Assembly: GCF_001194135.2 (NCBI RefSeq)
Contig: NC_068981.1
Location: 55,833,153-55,897,152, forward strand
DNA length: 64,000 nt
Direction of reading: 5' to 3'
From: Octopus bimaculoides
Taxonomy: Eukaryota
Shown: positions 63,290 through 64,000 of the stretch, piece by piece
Layout of the letters: the number at the start of each line of letters is the position of its first letter
Position numbering within the stretch: position 1 is the first letter of the stretch
Translations under genes and position numbers: made by a program
Notes under the pieces: generated by a model
What the model saw: the letters and a program-made list of their open reading frames with translations, nothing else
Told to the model about the DNA's origin: nothing
Databases searched by the model: none

Positions 63290-63960
63290 TGATATCAGAT
63301 CTTGTGTATCACACAGTTGGTAAGTTGTAAGGACTAGATCAGCAGCATAATCTGTTTTTCAATGCAGAAAATGATTATGTGGCCAATGAGGATGAAAGTC
63401 ATCTGTCACCAATGATGGCACACAACTCAAGTAGGTCAGTGACTTGAAGTACCTTGGGTTGTATGTTGCTGACAATAAAAAAGACTTCCCGGCAAATAAA
63501 AAACGAATCTGGAGTGCCTGTAACAAGTTTCACAACCTTTGGCAATCAAGTATTTCTAAGTCAATAAACTTCTTCAGGATGTGTGTAGATAGCAATCTCC
63601 TTGATGTAGCCAAAACCTGAACTTTGACGAAGATTGCATTGATGGTACGTACATCAGGCTTCTCATGAGAGCTCAAAACATTTCATGATATGAGGATAGA
63701 ACTAAAAAGATTTATGGACACATTCTGCCCATCTCTAACATTGTTGTTCAGCATAAAGTCAGCTTTGCTGGCAACTGCTATCAGGCCATATGAGATGTTA
63801 TATTTAGAGACTTCTGCACTCTGATGTTATTAAGGACTCGTCAAAGGCAAAAGAAGACAGTAAGTCCTAGCATGACATGGTGAAATGTATCTTGGTAGTA
63901 GTCACCAGAAGAAGTTACTTGAAAGATTGCCTCTGGATAGCGATGAAGTGAATCACTAGC
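63290..63960 (+). mobile_element. RTE-X-like LINE RT C-terminal remnant
   Basis: VSDLKYLG..WSACNKFHNLWQS..FFRMCVDS..IDGTYIRLLMRAQNIS..SFAGNCY. Confidence 0.8.
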
Positions 63961-64000
63961 CTTGAGCAAATACTCCACAACTTTTATTGAGTACTCTTTT

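Overview
AT-rich, microsatellite-rich eukaryotic DNA with six N-gaps. The repeat families resemble those of octopus (cephalopod mollusc); this is inferred from repeat character, not from a search. No intact host protein-coding gene could be identified. Most of the window is decayed transposable elements: RTE, RTE-X, Jockey/CR1-like and R4/Dong-like LINE fragments, Penelope-like element (PLE) fragments, two Ty3/gypsy (Mag-like) pieces, pogo/mariner/Tigger and TTAA-flanked MITEs, and many tRNA-derived SINEs. A CpG-retaining region near 23.0-27.8 kb looks like a bidirectional promoter. It has candidate first exons diverging on both strands, so both flanks are probably long introns. The most notable non-obvious signal is three unrelated minimal type I hammerhead ribozyme motifs on the + strand. 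They lie at 14021-14075 (core intact, downstream of a PLE GIY-YIG ORF), 40990-41035, and 55507-55546. The last sits inside a 359-bp-period, terminally redundant, hairpin-rich unit resembling a retrozyme copied from a circular RNA. Several long fold-back elements could form intronic dsRNA.
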